A stretch of DNA of 64,000 bases from Bacteroidales bacterium (GCA_027064095.1 JAMOQI010000006.1:258-64257); one strand, 5' to 3'; positions 37,850-48,352 are shown, counted from the stretch's first letter. Numbers and translations are program-made. Notes: generated from the letters alone by a model not told the origin.

Positions 37850-39052
37850 CTAATTTTCCCAATCTAAAAGTCGTTTTTCCCCTTCAAGTAATTTTATATC
37901 GCTAATATCCTGCGACACTTCCAGAGTACCTCTAAATTTACCTTTATTATCACGTATTGCAAAATACCTAATAAGTACAAAATGCTGACCCATAGGGATC
38001 CAGAAACTAGCATCATCTTTTTTACCGTTTCTGAAAGCATCGACAATTTTCTCCACAACATGTACACTTTCAGGAGGATGACAATTCTGTACTTCACGCC
38101 CTATTATTGCTTTTGTTCTTGGAAAGATTCTATGTTTAGGAGTAGAAAAGTATTTTACCTTATCATTCTCGTCCACATAAGTAATATCTACAGGAAGGTG
38201 ATTGAAAATCATAATTATTTGTTCCGGGCTCATGCTTCCAGTATCAAGATTAACTTCGCCATTATTCTCTAACATTGGTTCACGACTAGTATTCTGCTCG
38301 ATATTTTGAATTTGAATAAAAGGAAAGTCGAATTGAGAAATTTCGTGCTTTAATCTATCCATTTCTTTGTCAGGAATACTTAAAAGCATTTGTGGAAAAA
38401 GTATTTTTTCATCACGAAAACGTATAGCTTTTAAATCAAAATATAACTTACTGGAAACAACATTAAATTGCTTTAAATCAAAACTATCAGCCTTAACAAT
38501 CTCCGGTATCTGCTTAAGATACATCCTAATATCATCATGAATAGACCACATTACCTGAACACATTTATAACTATCCCAATACTTCTCAATTAAAGGAAAC
38601 AACAAATTCTCTTTAATAGTGAAATAATTGACATAAGGCTTAATAGATTTGATATAACCTTCAATTTGAAGTAATGCTTCTTTAGTTACTCCTTCTTTAT
38701 TAATTATTTTTATAGGTTCTTTTAAGTCATTAAGTTTTTCTTCAAGAACGGTACTGCTTTGTTGCAGATAATCTAAAATATTACCAGCTACAGGCGCTGG
38801 TGTTTCAAAATTATTAAGAGCCTTGTAAAATAGATTAAGTAATTTAGCAATATGTTTCTTCAAATCATTTATTGGATAACCTTTCTCAACTAAGATATGT
38901 ACAATTTCTATCACATCTGATGGCATAATGGATTCTATGGTATCCATATTTTCTTTTACATAAGCTGCTGGCTTATTTTTATTGATAATAACTTCAGAGA
39001 GTTCTAAAAGCTTTTCAATCTTTTTAGAATTATGATTTGTAAATTGTGACAT
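37850..39052 (-). CDS. DUF438/hemerythrin-like plus PAS domain protein
   Basis: KENLLFP, VMWSIHDDIR, DEKILFP, LPVDITYVDENDKVKYF, IIGREVQNCHPPES. Confidence 0.88.
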   Translation of the reverse strand: MSQFTNHNSKKIEKLLELSEVIINKNKPAAYVKENMDTIESIMPSDVIEIVHILVEKGYPINDLKKHIAKLLNLFYKALNNFETPAPVAGNILDYLQQSSTVLEEKLNDLKEPIKIINKEGVTKEALLQIEGYIKSIKPYVNYFTIKENLLFPLIEKYWDSYKCVQVMWSIHDDIRMYLKQIPEIVKADSFDLKQFNVVSSKLYFDLKAIRFRDEKILFPQMLLSIPDKEMDRLKHEISQFDFPFIQIQNIEQNTSREPMLENNGEVNLDTGSMSPEQIIMIFNHLPVDITYVDENDKVKYFSTPKHRIFPRTKAIIGREVQNCHPPESVHVVEKIVDAFRNGKKDDASFWIPMGQHFVLIRYFAIRDNKGKFRGTLEVSQDISDIKLLEGEKRLLDWEN

Positions 39053-39113
39053 TATGTAGAACTTTAATAATTATGTATACAATTAAATAATGCTTAAAAC
39101 ATTATAATGACCT

Positions 39114-39893
39114 TTAAATAAAAGATTTTATAATTCTAAGCTTATGAGTGTATTTTCGTGTGTCAATATTGAAAATACCTTGATGATCGATAGCATCTAT
39201 TCTAACTTTCCCGGAAGCATGCAGAATTTTATTATCGCCAAGCAAGATACCGACATGAATAATATTACCGTCATTATTATCAAAGAATGCCAAATCTCCT
39301 ACTTTAGCATCAGTGATAAAATTGACAGTCTCGCCTTGGCTTGCTTGCATAGATGCATCACGAGCAAGACTAATACCACTGACTTTATAAACCATTTGAG
39401 TTAAACCAGAACAATCAATGCCAAAAGGATTTTTCCCGCCCCAAAGATATGGGGCATTAATAAATGTCATTGCATTTTCAATAATGATTTTCCTCTTTGG
39501 CTTTAAATTAGAAGGAACAGAACTACCTTCGTAAATATACTCATTTTCAGCAATTCTAAAAGTATTCTGCCTTAAATCAGGTAAATGACTTCCCATCAAG
39601 AGAGGAATCATTTGTTTACTTTTTTTCAAAGCAACAACCTGCACTAAATCAGTAGAATAAAAAATTGGAGAACTGCTAATTCTGTTCATTTCTTCATCAT
39701 CGATAATAGTAAACTGTTTGGGGTCAACCCAGCCTTGATAATGGTCATAACTTACTTTTATATAAGCCCAATTGGTACTTTGTTCCAACACTTCTATTGT
39801 TTCTCCAAACATTATTTGCGAAACCATTTCTGACCTATCATCAGATGCAGCCCTTAAAGGCATAATACTTACCGTACAAATTGCAAAAGCCAT
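39114..39893 (-). CDS. SH3 plus NlpC/P60 (C40) peptidase
   Basis: SEMVSQIMFGE SH3 region; PYLWGG, GIDCSG, HVG, LHASG. Confidence 0.92.
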   Translation of the reverse strand: MAFAICTVSIMPLRAASDDRSEMVSQIMFGETIEVLEQSTNWAYIKVSYDHYQGWVDPKQFTIIDDEEMNRISSSPIFYSTDLVQVVALKKSKQMIPLLMGSHLPDLRQNTFRIAENEYIYEGSSVPSNLKPKRKIIIENAMTFINAPYLWGGKNPFGIDCSGLTQMVYKVSGISLARDASMQASQGETVNFITDAKVGDLAFFDNNDGNIIHVGILLGDNKILHASGKVRIDAIDHQGIFNIDTRKYTHKLRIIKSFI

Positions 39894-40373
39894 ATTCTTG
39901 TTTTAAACTTCAAAAATACATTTTTTTTAAAACCATTATACAATAAACATTATTACCAATTTATTACTTTAATTCAACCGGCAAAAGCATCTTTTTAATA
40001 TTTAAAAAAAATAAATCCTGTAGATATCATTTTAGATATCTACCGGTTAAAATTGTCTCAACCTGCATTATAATTTTTTGATTTATAATTTAAAAACACA
40101 AAATTATTAAGAATAACAACGTTTAACGGAAAATATTTTCCTCTTAATTTAAATTTTATTAAAATTATCTTTACACATAAGCTTTATTGCTAAAGCCCAT
40201 AAATATAATAAGATATCTTCCTATTTCGGCACCATATAATAAAGCCAATTTTATGACTTATACGAATATAATTAAGTAATTCCATATTTTAAAAAAAATA
40301 ATTAATCTCAAATTTTGTATATTTGCAATTATAGATAATCTTACAACTAATTGTAACTAAATATAAGTTCATC

Positions 40374-40772
40374 ATGCAAGGTAAAAAAACGTATCAGGAG
40401 AAATTATTCACAACAATACAACTTTCAAAAAGAATTCCTTCTAATAATTATTATCGTAGGATGAAAAGATTAATAGATTTTAGTTTTATCTACAAAAAGA
40501 CTGAATCCTTATATGGTAAGAAAGGAAAAGAATCAATCGACCCAGTTGTTTTTTTTAAACTATGTTTAATAAAAAAAATAGAGAATATTTCCAGCGATAG
40601 AAAATTAATTGCTTTATGTAGACTACGCTTAGACTTATTATATTTTTTAGATTATAATCTCGACGAAAAATTGCCTGCTGCTACAACCATCAGCCACACT
40701 AGAAGAAACTACCCTGAGGAATTATACAATTCTATATGTGAAGAAATAGAGTTAAAAAGAAAAGACATATAG
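40374..40772 (+). CDS. Stand-alone N-terminal (DUF772) domain of an IS1182-family transposase; no DDE domain
   Basis: MQGKKTYQEKLF...SIDPVVFFKLCL...SDRKLI...LDLLYFLDY..DEKLP...TISHTR; stops after 132 aa; TATATTTG promoter box at 40318-40325. Confidence 0.8.
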   Translation: MQGKKTYQEKLFTTIQLSKRIPSNNYYRRMKRLIDFSFIYKKTESLYGKKGKESIDPVVFFKLCLIKKIENISSDRKLIALCRLRLDLLYFLDYNLDEKLPAATTISHTRRNYPEELYNSICEEIELKRKDI

Positions 40773-40842
40773 ATTATTCGCCAAAATTTTATTCTTAGAA
40801 TAAGGCTTTTACAAATTATTCTAATCTATCTATCACTTATAA

Positions 40843-41601
40843 TTATATCATCTCAAAATCATCTTTTTGCACCCAGCCTTCACTACCATTAGCAATCTTA
40901 ATTTTTTCCCAAGTAGAAGTATTTTCCAACAGCTGCACCTTAGACCCTTGATGTAAAATAAACAAAGTACTACTTCCTTCATCCGGAGCACTTTTAACAT
41001 TTACTGTTGGGGTAAAAATAATTGCAGTATTATGAGTAGTCTTTAATTTATAACTATTATAGCCAATCAATCCACTTAAAATACTTAAAACCATAAATAT
41101 AATTGAAAAAACGAAAGCTGTTTTCTTAGCACTAATACTTTTAGCTACAAAGAAAATAATCAAAAATAGTAAAAACACTATGTATACTCCAATGTTCACA
41201 ATTGTCCATTGTTTTTCATTAAGAGAATAAACAAGTTTTTTCCACCATGTTTTAAGAAAGAATTCCGGCACCGGCTCTATCCTATCAGCAATTTTGGTAT
41301 TAGCAATTTTAAGATTGTAATTTATATCTTCGTTATTTGGTTCTAACTTTTTAGCTTTCTCATAATAATATATAGCCTTAGGCACATCATCGAGCTTAAA
41401 CCAAGCATTACCAAGATTATAATATATTGCTGCCGATTCCACATTATTTTTAATCATAGAATCACATAGTGATATTGTCATTTCATAATCACCTTTTGCA
41501 TAATAATCATTAGCTGTATCAAATAATGTTTTTGCAGAATCTGCTAACATTATCAAAGGGATAAAAACTATTATCACAAAAATTCCATATACTTTTTTCA
41601 T
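40843..41601 (-). CDS. batE: BatE, TPR plus SH3 protein
   Basis: YYNLGNAWFK..AIYYYEKA, TM region, C-terminal VKSAPDE..LFILHQGSKV..GWV; last gene of the bat operon (alternative start 41619). Confidence 0.85.
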   Translation of the reverse strand: MKKVYGIFVIIVFIPLIMLADSAKTLFDTANDYYAKGDYEMTISLCDSMIKNNVESAAIYYNLGNAWFKLDDVPKAIYYYEKAKKLEPNNEDINYNLKIANTKIADRIEPVPEFFLKTWWKKLVYSLNEKQWTIVNIGVYIVFLLFLIIFFVAKSISAKKTAFVFSIIFMVLSILSGLIGYNSYKLKTTHNTAIIFTPTVNVKSAPDEGSSTLFILHQGSKVQLLENTSTWEKIKIANGSEGWVQKDDFEMI

Positions 41602-41718
41602 ATTCCTAAAGTTTTTCATCTAAAAAATATCAGACACTTTGCTTATAAATATTCTATTTAACTTTTTAACTTTTTAATCTTAACAATTGATTCTTAATAA
41701 ATTAGATATTACTAATTT

Positions 41719-43548
41719 CTATTTTAATGTTTTCTCAATTTTACTGATAATATTAATAGAACGATTATAAAGATTATTCAAATCACTTTGTTCCTGCGAT
41801 GGAGAATATCTTGCATATTCGCAAGTCTCTAAAATACTCTTTACTTCATTAATATCATTTTCATCAACACCTTGAGAAGCCAATTTTTCATTAATCAAAT
41901 CTATGCTAAGTTCAGCCATACTTAAATTAAACTTATCGGAAATATAACCCCATATTGCCTTTGAAGTTTCCTCATAAAAACTTGCTGTATCATTTGATTT
42001 CAAATAATTATGAGCATTTTTCAGCCTTTTCTTAGCCGCTTTAGTAGCTTTCTTAAGTCGCATATGACTAACATTTGCCTTTTTTATTTCGCGCTTACGC
42101 AAGAAAACAATAACAAATATTGCTAATAAAGGAGATAAAATTAAGCTTAAAATATGTCCAATGGAGTTAAAACTATGTGCTCCAAGTTCATCCAACTCCC
42201 CCATATTAAGCATAATATGTCTAATATCTTTTCCAACATATTTTACTTCATCTCTATTTACAGCAGCTCCTGAAGTCACAGCATAACTCTCGCCATCACT
42301 TGGCAATACATGTATTTTAAATTCTGGTGATGTACAGCTTTCGTAATGTTCGGTCTGAGGGTTAAAATAGGAAAAACTAATCTTTGGAATTTTGAAATCT
42401 CCAGGATTTCTAGGAATTATTAAATATTCATAGGTTTTGCTACCAGTAACTCCATTAGCTGTATTCTTACTATTCTTACTGATTTTTGGATCGTAAACTT
42501 CAAAATCAGGAGGAAAATTAAATTTTGGAGACTCTAAAAGGTCAACATTTCCTTTACCCATAATTTTTACTTTTAGGTTAAAGGCATCATTTGCTTTTAG
42601 TTCAGTCTTATCAACACTAGCATCCATAGTAAAATTCCCCACTACTCCGCTAAAGTTTTTTGGTTTTGGTGTTGGTAAGCTTTTAACATTAATATTCACA
42701 ACAGGTGAATTTAAGCTAAGATTTTTATTATCATAATATTGCACTATATTACCATACATCATTTGCTCAAACCTATCTCTAGCCTTACGTCTTTTAATAA
42801 TTTGAATCGCTACATCCAATTTGAATGACCCTAACTGCAATTTTCCACTTTTCTGAGGAAACAATATAACTTTCTGTAATACCACAACATTATATGATTG
42901 GCCATTTACAACTTCTTTGCTTAATTTTAAATCTCCAATATCAATATCTTCTTTCCAAAAGCCCGTATAAGAAGGTTCTTTAAAATCGGTAATATTACTC
43001 ACATTCTCTTTAGAATACAATTTCTGTGTAAGCAATATTGGTTCTCCAACATAAGCGTTCCTATGATTAACAATAGAGCGAACAAAAACAAGGCCATCAG
43101 GATTGAATTCCGGATTGGATATACTCTGTCCACTATTTGAAGTATTACTTTGTACACTTTTTACAACTTCAATTGCAAGTGGAGCAGATTTATAAATCTT
43201 AGATTTATATTTAAATGTTGCTACAGGCAATTTAAAAGAGCCTATTTTTGTGGCGCTAAGATAGTAAGTATAAGATTTTTTTGTAGAACGACTTGTTCTA
43301 CCATTAATTATTTGCATACTTGTTGAAGTACTTTGACTTGGACCTCCAAGTAATTTAAAATCACCAAAATCAGGACTGATAAATTCTCCATCTTGATTGA
43401 CACTATAGGTAATCCTAAACTGACCTCCCTGCTCAACTTTGGAAGGAGCATTTACGGTAAATTGGACATCCTGAGATTTAGCACTAATTGTAAAAATTAA
43501 AGCTAAAAGGAATATCCAAATTGCTATATTATTTCTTATCTTTCTCAT
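41719..43548 (-). CDS. batD: BatD family protein
   Basis: GPSQSTS, YVGEPI, LFPQKSG, GVVGNF, FEVYDPK, FSYFNP, CEYARYSP. Confidence 0.9.
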   Translation of the reverse strand: MRKIRNNIAIWIFLLALIFTISAKSQDVQFTVNAPSKVEQGGQFRITYSVNQDGEFISPDFGDFKLLGGPSQSTSTSMQIINGRTSRSTKKSYTYYLSATKIGSFKLPVATFKYKSKIYKSAPLAIEVVKSVQSNTSNSGQSISNPEFNPDGLVFVRSIVNHRNAYVGEPILLTQKLYSKENVSNITDFKEPSYTGFWKEDIDIGDLKLSKEVVNGQSYNVVVLQKVILFPQKSGKLQLGSFKLDVAIQIIKRRKARDRFEQMMYGNIVQYYDNKNLSLNSPVVNINVKSLPTPKPKNFSGVVGNFTMDASVDKTELKANDAFNLKVKIMGKGNVDLLESPKFNFPPDFEVYDPKISKNSKNTANGVTGSKTYEYLIIPRNPGDFKIPKISFSYFNPQTEHYESCTSPEFKIHVLPSDGESYAVTSGAAVNRDEVKYVGKDIRHIMLNMGELDELGAHSFNSIGHILSLILSPLLAIFVIVFLRKREIKKANVSHMRLKKATKAAKKRLKNAHNYLKSNDTASFYEETSKAIWGYISDKFNLSMAELSIDLINEKLASQGVDENDINEVKSILETCEYARYSPSQEQSDLNNLYNRSINIISKIEKTLK

Positions 43549-43549
43549 A

Positions 43550-44404
43550 TTACCAATCTTTCTCTACCTTAACTGAACTAACTTTCACTTTGCGTTTATC
43601 AACTTTATCTTTTGTCTCTTTCTCTTTTTCAGCAATAGCTCTCAATATCCGTTCAGCATCCTTCATATCTACTTTCTTTTGTTCCTTTTCCTGTTGAGCT
43701 TGTTGCTGTTTATCTTTATCGCCATTTTGCCTTTGCTGTTCTTCATTTTGTTTATCCTGATTTTGCTTATCTTGATTTTTTTTATCCTGATTTTGCTTAT
43801 CCTGATTTTGTTTATCTTGATTTTGTTTATCTTGATTTTGTTTATCCTGATTTTGCTTATCTTGATTTTGTTTATCTTGATTTTGTTTATCCTTGTTCTT
43901 TTTATCCTTGTTCTGTTTATCCTTGTTCTTTTTATCTTGATTTTGCTGCTTTTGTTTAAGCTTCATAGCATAAATAAGATTATATCTAGTTTCATTATCA
44001 TTTGGATTAATCTTTAATGCATTTTTATAAGCTTCTATACTTCCGTCAATATCTTTTTCGAGTAATTTACTATTTCCCAAATTATGATAAACATGAGATT
44101 TGATATTATCATTAGGCGCTTTTGCAATTAAAGACTCATAAGAAGCAGCAGCTTCTTTATATCTTTTTTGCTTAAATAAATTATTAGCAAGATTGTATTT
44201 AGCTTTAAAATAGTCATCATTTTCGATAAGTGCCAGTTGATATTTTTCTTCAGAAGTTTTAAAATCACCTTTTTTATAGGCTTTATTTCCTTCCCTCGTT
44301 AATTTAATAGATTTGCGGCTAATATCAGTTTGTGAATAACCAACATTAACAGATAAGTCCATAAGACCTAAGATTATAACTAAATACACTAATATTTTTT
44401 TCAT
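43550..44404 (-). CDS. batC: BatC, TPR protein with Q/K/D-rich linker
   Basis: GNKAYK, YNLAN, YHNLGN, YKNALKINP..TRYNL; ends in VEKDW. Confidence 0.9.
   Translation of the reverse strand: MKKILVYLVIILGLMDLSVNVGYSQTDISRKSIKLTREGNKAYKKGDFKTSEEKYQLALIENDDYFKAKYNLANNLFKQKRYKEAAASYESLIAKAPNDNIKSHVYHNLGNSKLLEKDIDGSIEAYKNALKINPNDNETRYNLIYAMKLKQKQQNQDKKNKDKQNKDKKNKDKQNQDKQNQDKQNQDKQNQDKQNQDKQNQDKQNQDKKNQDKQNQDKQNEEQQRQNGDKDKQQQAQQEKEQKKVDMKDAERILRAIAEKEKETKDKVDKRKVKVSSVKVEKDW
43751..43945 (-). repeat. 13 x 15-bp coding tandem repeat encoding (Q/K)N(Q/K)DK
   Basis: Imperfect repeats such as TTTATCYTGATTTTG on the + strand. Confidence 0.9.
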
Positions 44405-44418
44405 ATCATTAATATTAT

Positions 44419-45474
44419 TTAATTATTTCTGTTATTAAATAAATCAAAACGCTTATTAATTGATTTTCTCTCACCTAGAAGCAATTCAAGGATAAGGAAT
44501 AATATAGCGATAGCAGTAAAAATTTGAAAACGGCTTTCATAGTCCTTGAAAGTTTGTGTTTCAATTTCTGTCTTATTCATCTTATTAATTTCTCCTAGAA
44601 TAACTTTCAGACCGGCATTATTATTACTAGCACGCACATACTTTCCGTCAGCATTTTCGGCAATACTTCTTAATAAACTTTCATTAAAACGAGAAATAAC
44701 TGTATGACCTTCTCTGTCTTTTTTATAACCTATTCTTACATCATTTCTAAAAATAGGTATTGGAGCACCTTTCACTGTGCCCATTCCAATGGTATAAATC
44801 TTTATTCCCTCTTCTGCAGCTTTTTTAGCCTGTTCCAACGCACCATCTTCATGGTCTTCGCCATCGGTAATTATAATAATTGCTTTATTCCTATCAGAAT
44901 TCTTATCTTCAGAATTTTCAAAAGTTGTCCTTGCCATTTCTATAGCCGAAGATATACTAGTTCCTTGAGTACTAATAAAATCAGTACTTACTGAAGATAG
45001 AAACATTTTTGCAGCACTATAATCTGTTGTAATAGGCAATTGTGTATATGCTTTTCCAGCAAATACAATAATTCCTATTCTATCTCCTTCTAACTTATCA
45101 ACAAGCTTTGATATTTCTCTTTTAGCTCTTGAGAGTCTACTAGGTTTGATATCTTCTGCCAACATAGAATTAGATATATCAACAGCAATAATCATATCAA
45201 TCCCCTTGCGCTGCACCTTCTCTAATTTCGAGCCAATCTGAGGATTTGAAATTGCTACAAATAAACTACTAATGGCAATAATTATCAATAAGAATTTCCA
45301 ATTCTTTAAACGATAACTCACCCTTGGTATAAGTCTTGTAACAAGTGCTTTATCCCCAAAAGATAACCAATTTTTCTTTTGCAAACGAATAATAACAATC
45401 CATGCTATCCATAAGAATGGGACTATTATTAATCCATACAAATATTCTGGGTGTTCAAATCTAAAAATATCCAT
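44419..45474 (-). CDS. batB: BatB, vWA domain protein
   Basis: DISNSM MIDAS, GIIVFAG, LPITTD, ITDGEDH. Confidence 0.9.
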   Translation of the reverse strand: MDIFRFEHPEYLYGLIIVPFLWIAWIVIIRLQKKNWLSFGDKALVTRLIPRVSYRLKNWKFLLIIIAISSLFVAISNPQIGSKLEKVQRKGIDMIIAVDISNSMLAEDIKPSRLSRAKREISKLVDKLEGDRIGIIVFAGKAYTQLPITTDYSAAKMFLSSVSTDFISTQGTSISSAIEMARTTFENSEDKNSDRNKAIIIITDGEDHEDGALEQAKKAAEEGIKIYTIGMGTVKGAPIPIFRNDVRIGYKKDREGHTVISRFNESLLRSIAENADGKYVRASNNNAGLKVILGEINKMNKTEIETQTFKDYESRFQIFTAIAILFLILELLLGERKSINKRFDLFNNRNN

Positions 45475-45481
45475 AATGCAA

Positions 45482-46486
45482 TTAAGGTTTTATTCTAAAT
45501 ATACTCAAACGCAAAGCTACTTCAATGAGTAAAATTAACAATGCAGCAATTGCAAAATATAAAAACTCTTCGGACTTATTCATAAAAATATTCACATCTA
45601 TCTTAGATTTCTCTAGCTTATCAATTTCTTGATATACAGCCTTTAAGCTATTATTACTAGTAGCTCTAAAATACTTACCATCTGTTGCTTTGGCAACTTT
45701 CTTAAGAATATCCTCATCAATCTTTACCGGTACATTCATGATTTGTTCACCAAAGGCTGTTTGCACAGGCATTGGGGCTGTTCCTTTGCTACCAACTCCG
45801 ATAGTATAAATCCTTATTCCATAATTTTTTGCTATCTGCGCAGCAGAAAGCGGATCAATACTACCACTATTCTGCACGCCATCAGTAAGTAGTATAATCA
45901 CTCTACTAATAGCTTTGCTATCTTTAATTCTATTTATAGCTGTTGCCAATCCATCGCCAATTGCAGTACCATCTTCTATCATCCCACTCTTTATAGGCTT
46001 AAATAGGTTTTTCAACACATTATGATCGGTTGTCAATGGACATTGTGTAAATGCCTCACCACTAAAAATTACTAAGCCTATCCTATCGTTCTTTCTACCA
46101 TTAATAAATTCCTTGGCAACATCCTTAGCTGCCTCTAACCTATCTGGTTTTAAATCTCTTGCACGCATACTACCAGACACATCTAACGCCATAATAATAT
46201 CAATGCCTTCCACATTCACTTTGCGTTGACTACTATGAATTTGTGGCCTTGCCATTACTAAAATAAGTAAAGATAAGACTATCATTCTCAATACAAAAGG
46301 CAAATGTCGCAATCTTGTCCTTAGGTTTGGCTTTAAGTCTTTAGCCCATACCAAAGAAGGAATGCTTAAAGAAGCTGTTTGCTTTTTGTTCTTTAATATG
46401 TAGAAAACTATCAATAAAGGAATTGCAATAAATAGCAATAACCAATATGGATACCCAAATGTTATTTTATCTAAATAGGAAATCAT
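45482..46486 (-). CDS. batA: BatA, vWA domain protein
   Basis: GIDIIMALDVSGSM, QCPLTTD, GTAIGDG, LLTDG, YFRAT. Confidence 0.92.
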   Translation of the reverse strand: MISYLDKITFGYPYWLLLFIAIPLLIVFYILKNKKQTASLSIPSLVWAKDLKPNLRTRLRHLPFVLRMIVLSLLILVMARPQIHSSQRKVNVEGIDIIMALDVSGSMRARDLKPDRLEAAKDVAKEFINGRKNDRIGLVIFSGEAFTQCPLTTDHNVLKNLFKPIKSGMIEDGTAIGDGLATAINRIKDSKAISRVIILLTDGVQNSGSIDPLSAAQIAKNYGIRIYTIGVGSKGTAPMPVQTAFGEQIMNVPVKIDEDILKKVAKATDGKYFRATSNNSLKAVYQEIDKLEKSKIDVNIFMNKSEEFLYFAIAALLILLIEVALRLSIFRIKP

Positions 46487-47448
46487 GGTTCAACCTCCTC
46501 TTTTTTATCATTAAGTTTTTCTATTGGCTTAGTTTTTTCCACAAAATTATAAGCCCACTTTAGAGCCTGGCTGTTTTGATCTGCTAATGGCTGTACTTTG
46601 GCAAATTTCACAAAATCAGACAACTCCAGCACTTTACTTGTCTCATTTACAAGTTCTTTTTCTAATTCGAGTTTACTAAGGTTAGCAATAATATCTTCAG
46701 TAATCATCTCCATTGCTCCAAACTTAAAACGATCTTCCATATATGAACGTATAATTTCTGTAAGTTCTGAGTAAAACTCTTTTACAAATCCATTCTGCCA
46801 TAATTTCTTATCACTTAATAAATCAAGATTCTTCTTTGCAATGATATGTGGTGGAATTTTTGGTTTTTTAGGTAAACTAATAATAGGTTTATGGTTTTTA
46901 ATTCTTTTATAAACATAAATACCCACAATAAGTAACACGATGACTATCAATGCTATGATAATATAAGGGATTATCTCTTTAATACTAAAAGGCTCTTCGA
47001 TAATAGGTTTGATATCTGTAATACCTTTTTTCATATCTACCTTTAAAGGAAAAACTCCCAATAGAAGTGCATTTGTATTTACAGAAGAATATACAGAATC
47101 ATTAAGGACATTATATTTATACTCAAAAGGAGGAATAGCAAAATAACCAGTATCAAAACTTGTTATTAAAATACTCATTGATATCTGTAGCCTACCATCA
47201 CTTAAAACAGTAGTATCAGGCTCGCTAAAGCTCAACATATCAACTTTATCTCCTATTTTATCTGTTATCATTGGTAAATATACAGTCTTAGCTTTGGGCT
47301 GTATCATCTGCAACCTAATATTAGTTTGAGCGCCAATAAGTATCATATTGGTATCAAGGCTTGCCGAAACAGAGATATCCTGACTCCATAGCCTTGACGA
47401 CGTAAGCATTAAAAGAAAAAGTGTTATGTATATTTTAAAATGTTTCAT
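46483..47448 (-). CDS. Bat-operon membrane protein
   Basis: Signal peptide, ITSFDTG, DIKP, single TM, LSDFVKFAK. Confidence 0.75.
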   Translation of the reverse strand: MKHFKIYITLFLLMLTSSRLWSQDISVSASLDTNMILIGAQTNIRLQMIQPKAKTVYLPMITDKIGDKVDMLSFSEPDTTVLSDGRLQISMSILITSFDTGYFAIPPFEYKYNVLNDSVYSSVNTNALLLGVFPLKVDMKKGITDIKPIIEEPFSIKEIIPYIIIALIVIVLLIVGIYVYKRIKNHKPIISLPKKPKIPPHIIAKKNLDLLSDKKLWQNGFVKEFYSELTEIIRSYMEDRFKFGAMEMITEDIIANLSKLELEKELVNETSKVLELSDFVKFAKVQPLADQNSQALKWAYNFVEKTKPIEKLNDKKEEVEP

Positions 47449-47476
47449 TTAATAAAATATTTGAATATTTAATAAA

Positions 47477-48352
47477 TTAATAACGACTTTCACGCATTTT
47501 AAATAATTTAATCAATGGCTTTACATAATCCTGTCCTGTGAATATATTAATATTATCGACACCGGAATGACGGAATACATTTAGAGCATTTTTTTCATTT
47601 TCTGCATACCATCTAGCATAGGTTTTTTGGACCATTTCATCAGAAGAATCAATAAAGCTTTCATGACCTGTTTCTGCATCAACGACTTTTATCAAACCCA
47701 TTTTAGGAATCTCTTTTTCTCTTAAATCATTAATTTTAATAGCAGCTATATCATGCTTACGATTAGCTATTTGCAAAGGTGATTTAAAATCAGAATAATT
47801 AAAATCGGAAAGAATAAAAGCAGTACATTTCTTTTTTATAGCATTAGTTAAATATCGTAATGCCTCTTCGAGATTTGTACCTTTCTCCTCGGCTTTAAAA
47901 TCTACCAATTCTCTTATAATTCTTAGAATATGAGACCTTCCTTTTGCCGGTGCAATAAATTTCTCAATTTTACTGCTAAAGAATATAACTCCAACTTTAT
48001 CATTATTCTGAATTGCTGAAAAAGCTAATACAGAAGCGACTTCTGTTATTACCTCAGATTTAAAATTCGTCTGCGTTCCAAAAAGATTAGAAGCACTGAC
48101 ATCAATCAAAAGCATTACTGTCATTTCCCTCTCTTCCTCAAAAACCTTTATAAATGGTTGATTGAATCTAGCAGTAACGTTCCAATCTATATTCCTAATA
48201 TCATCACCAAATTGATATTCGCGAACTTCGCTAAAAGCCATTCCACGTCCCTTGAAAGCAGAGTGATAATGGCCTGAGAATATCTGATTTGACATTCTTC
48301 TGGTTTTTATTTCTATCTTCCTAACACGCTTTAATATATCTTTGGTTTCCAA
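47477..48352 (-). CDS. DUF58 domain protein (MoxR-associated vWA-like)
   Basis: FKGRGMAFSEVREYQFGDDIRNIDWNVTAR, EEERE; likely TTG start at 48352. Confidence 0.92.
   Translation of the reverse strand: METKDILKRVRKIEIKTRRMSNQIFSGHYHSAFKGRGMAFSEVREYQFGDDIRNIDWNVTARFNQPFIKVFEEEREMTVMLLIDVSASNLFGTQTNFKSEVITEVASVLAFSAIQNNDKVGVIFFSSKIEKFIAPAKGRSHILRIIRELVDFKAEEKGTNLEEALRYLTNAIKKKCTAFILSDFNYSDFKSPLQIANRKHDIAAIKINDLREKEIPKMGLIKVVDAETGHESFIDSSDEMVQKTYARWYAENEKNALNVFRHSGVDNINIFTGQDYVKPLIKLFKMRESRY

Noticed and set aside
40374-40772. Transposase responsible for the TTAA MITEs
   Set aside because: It lacks a catalytic domain, is IS1182-type, and is not bounded by the MITE TIRs.
43751-43945. Possible CRISPR array
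   Set aside because: Contiguous 15-bp coding repeats without spacers; no cas genes in the window.
43679-44017. Plus-strand ORF that looks like a very hydrophobic membrane protein (ILFILIL repeats)
   Set aside because: It is the antisense reading of the batC QNQDK repeat.
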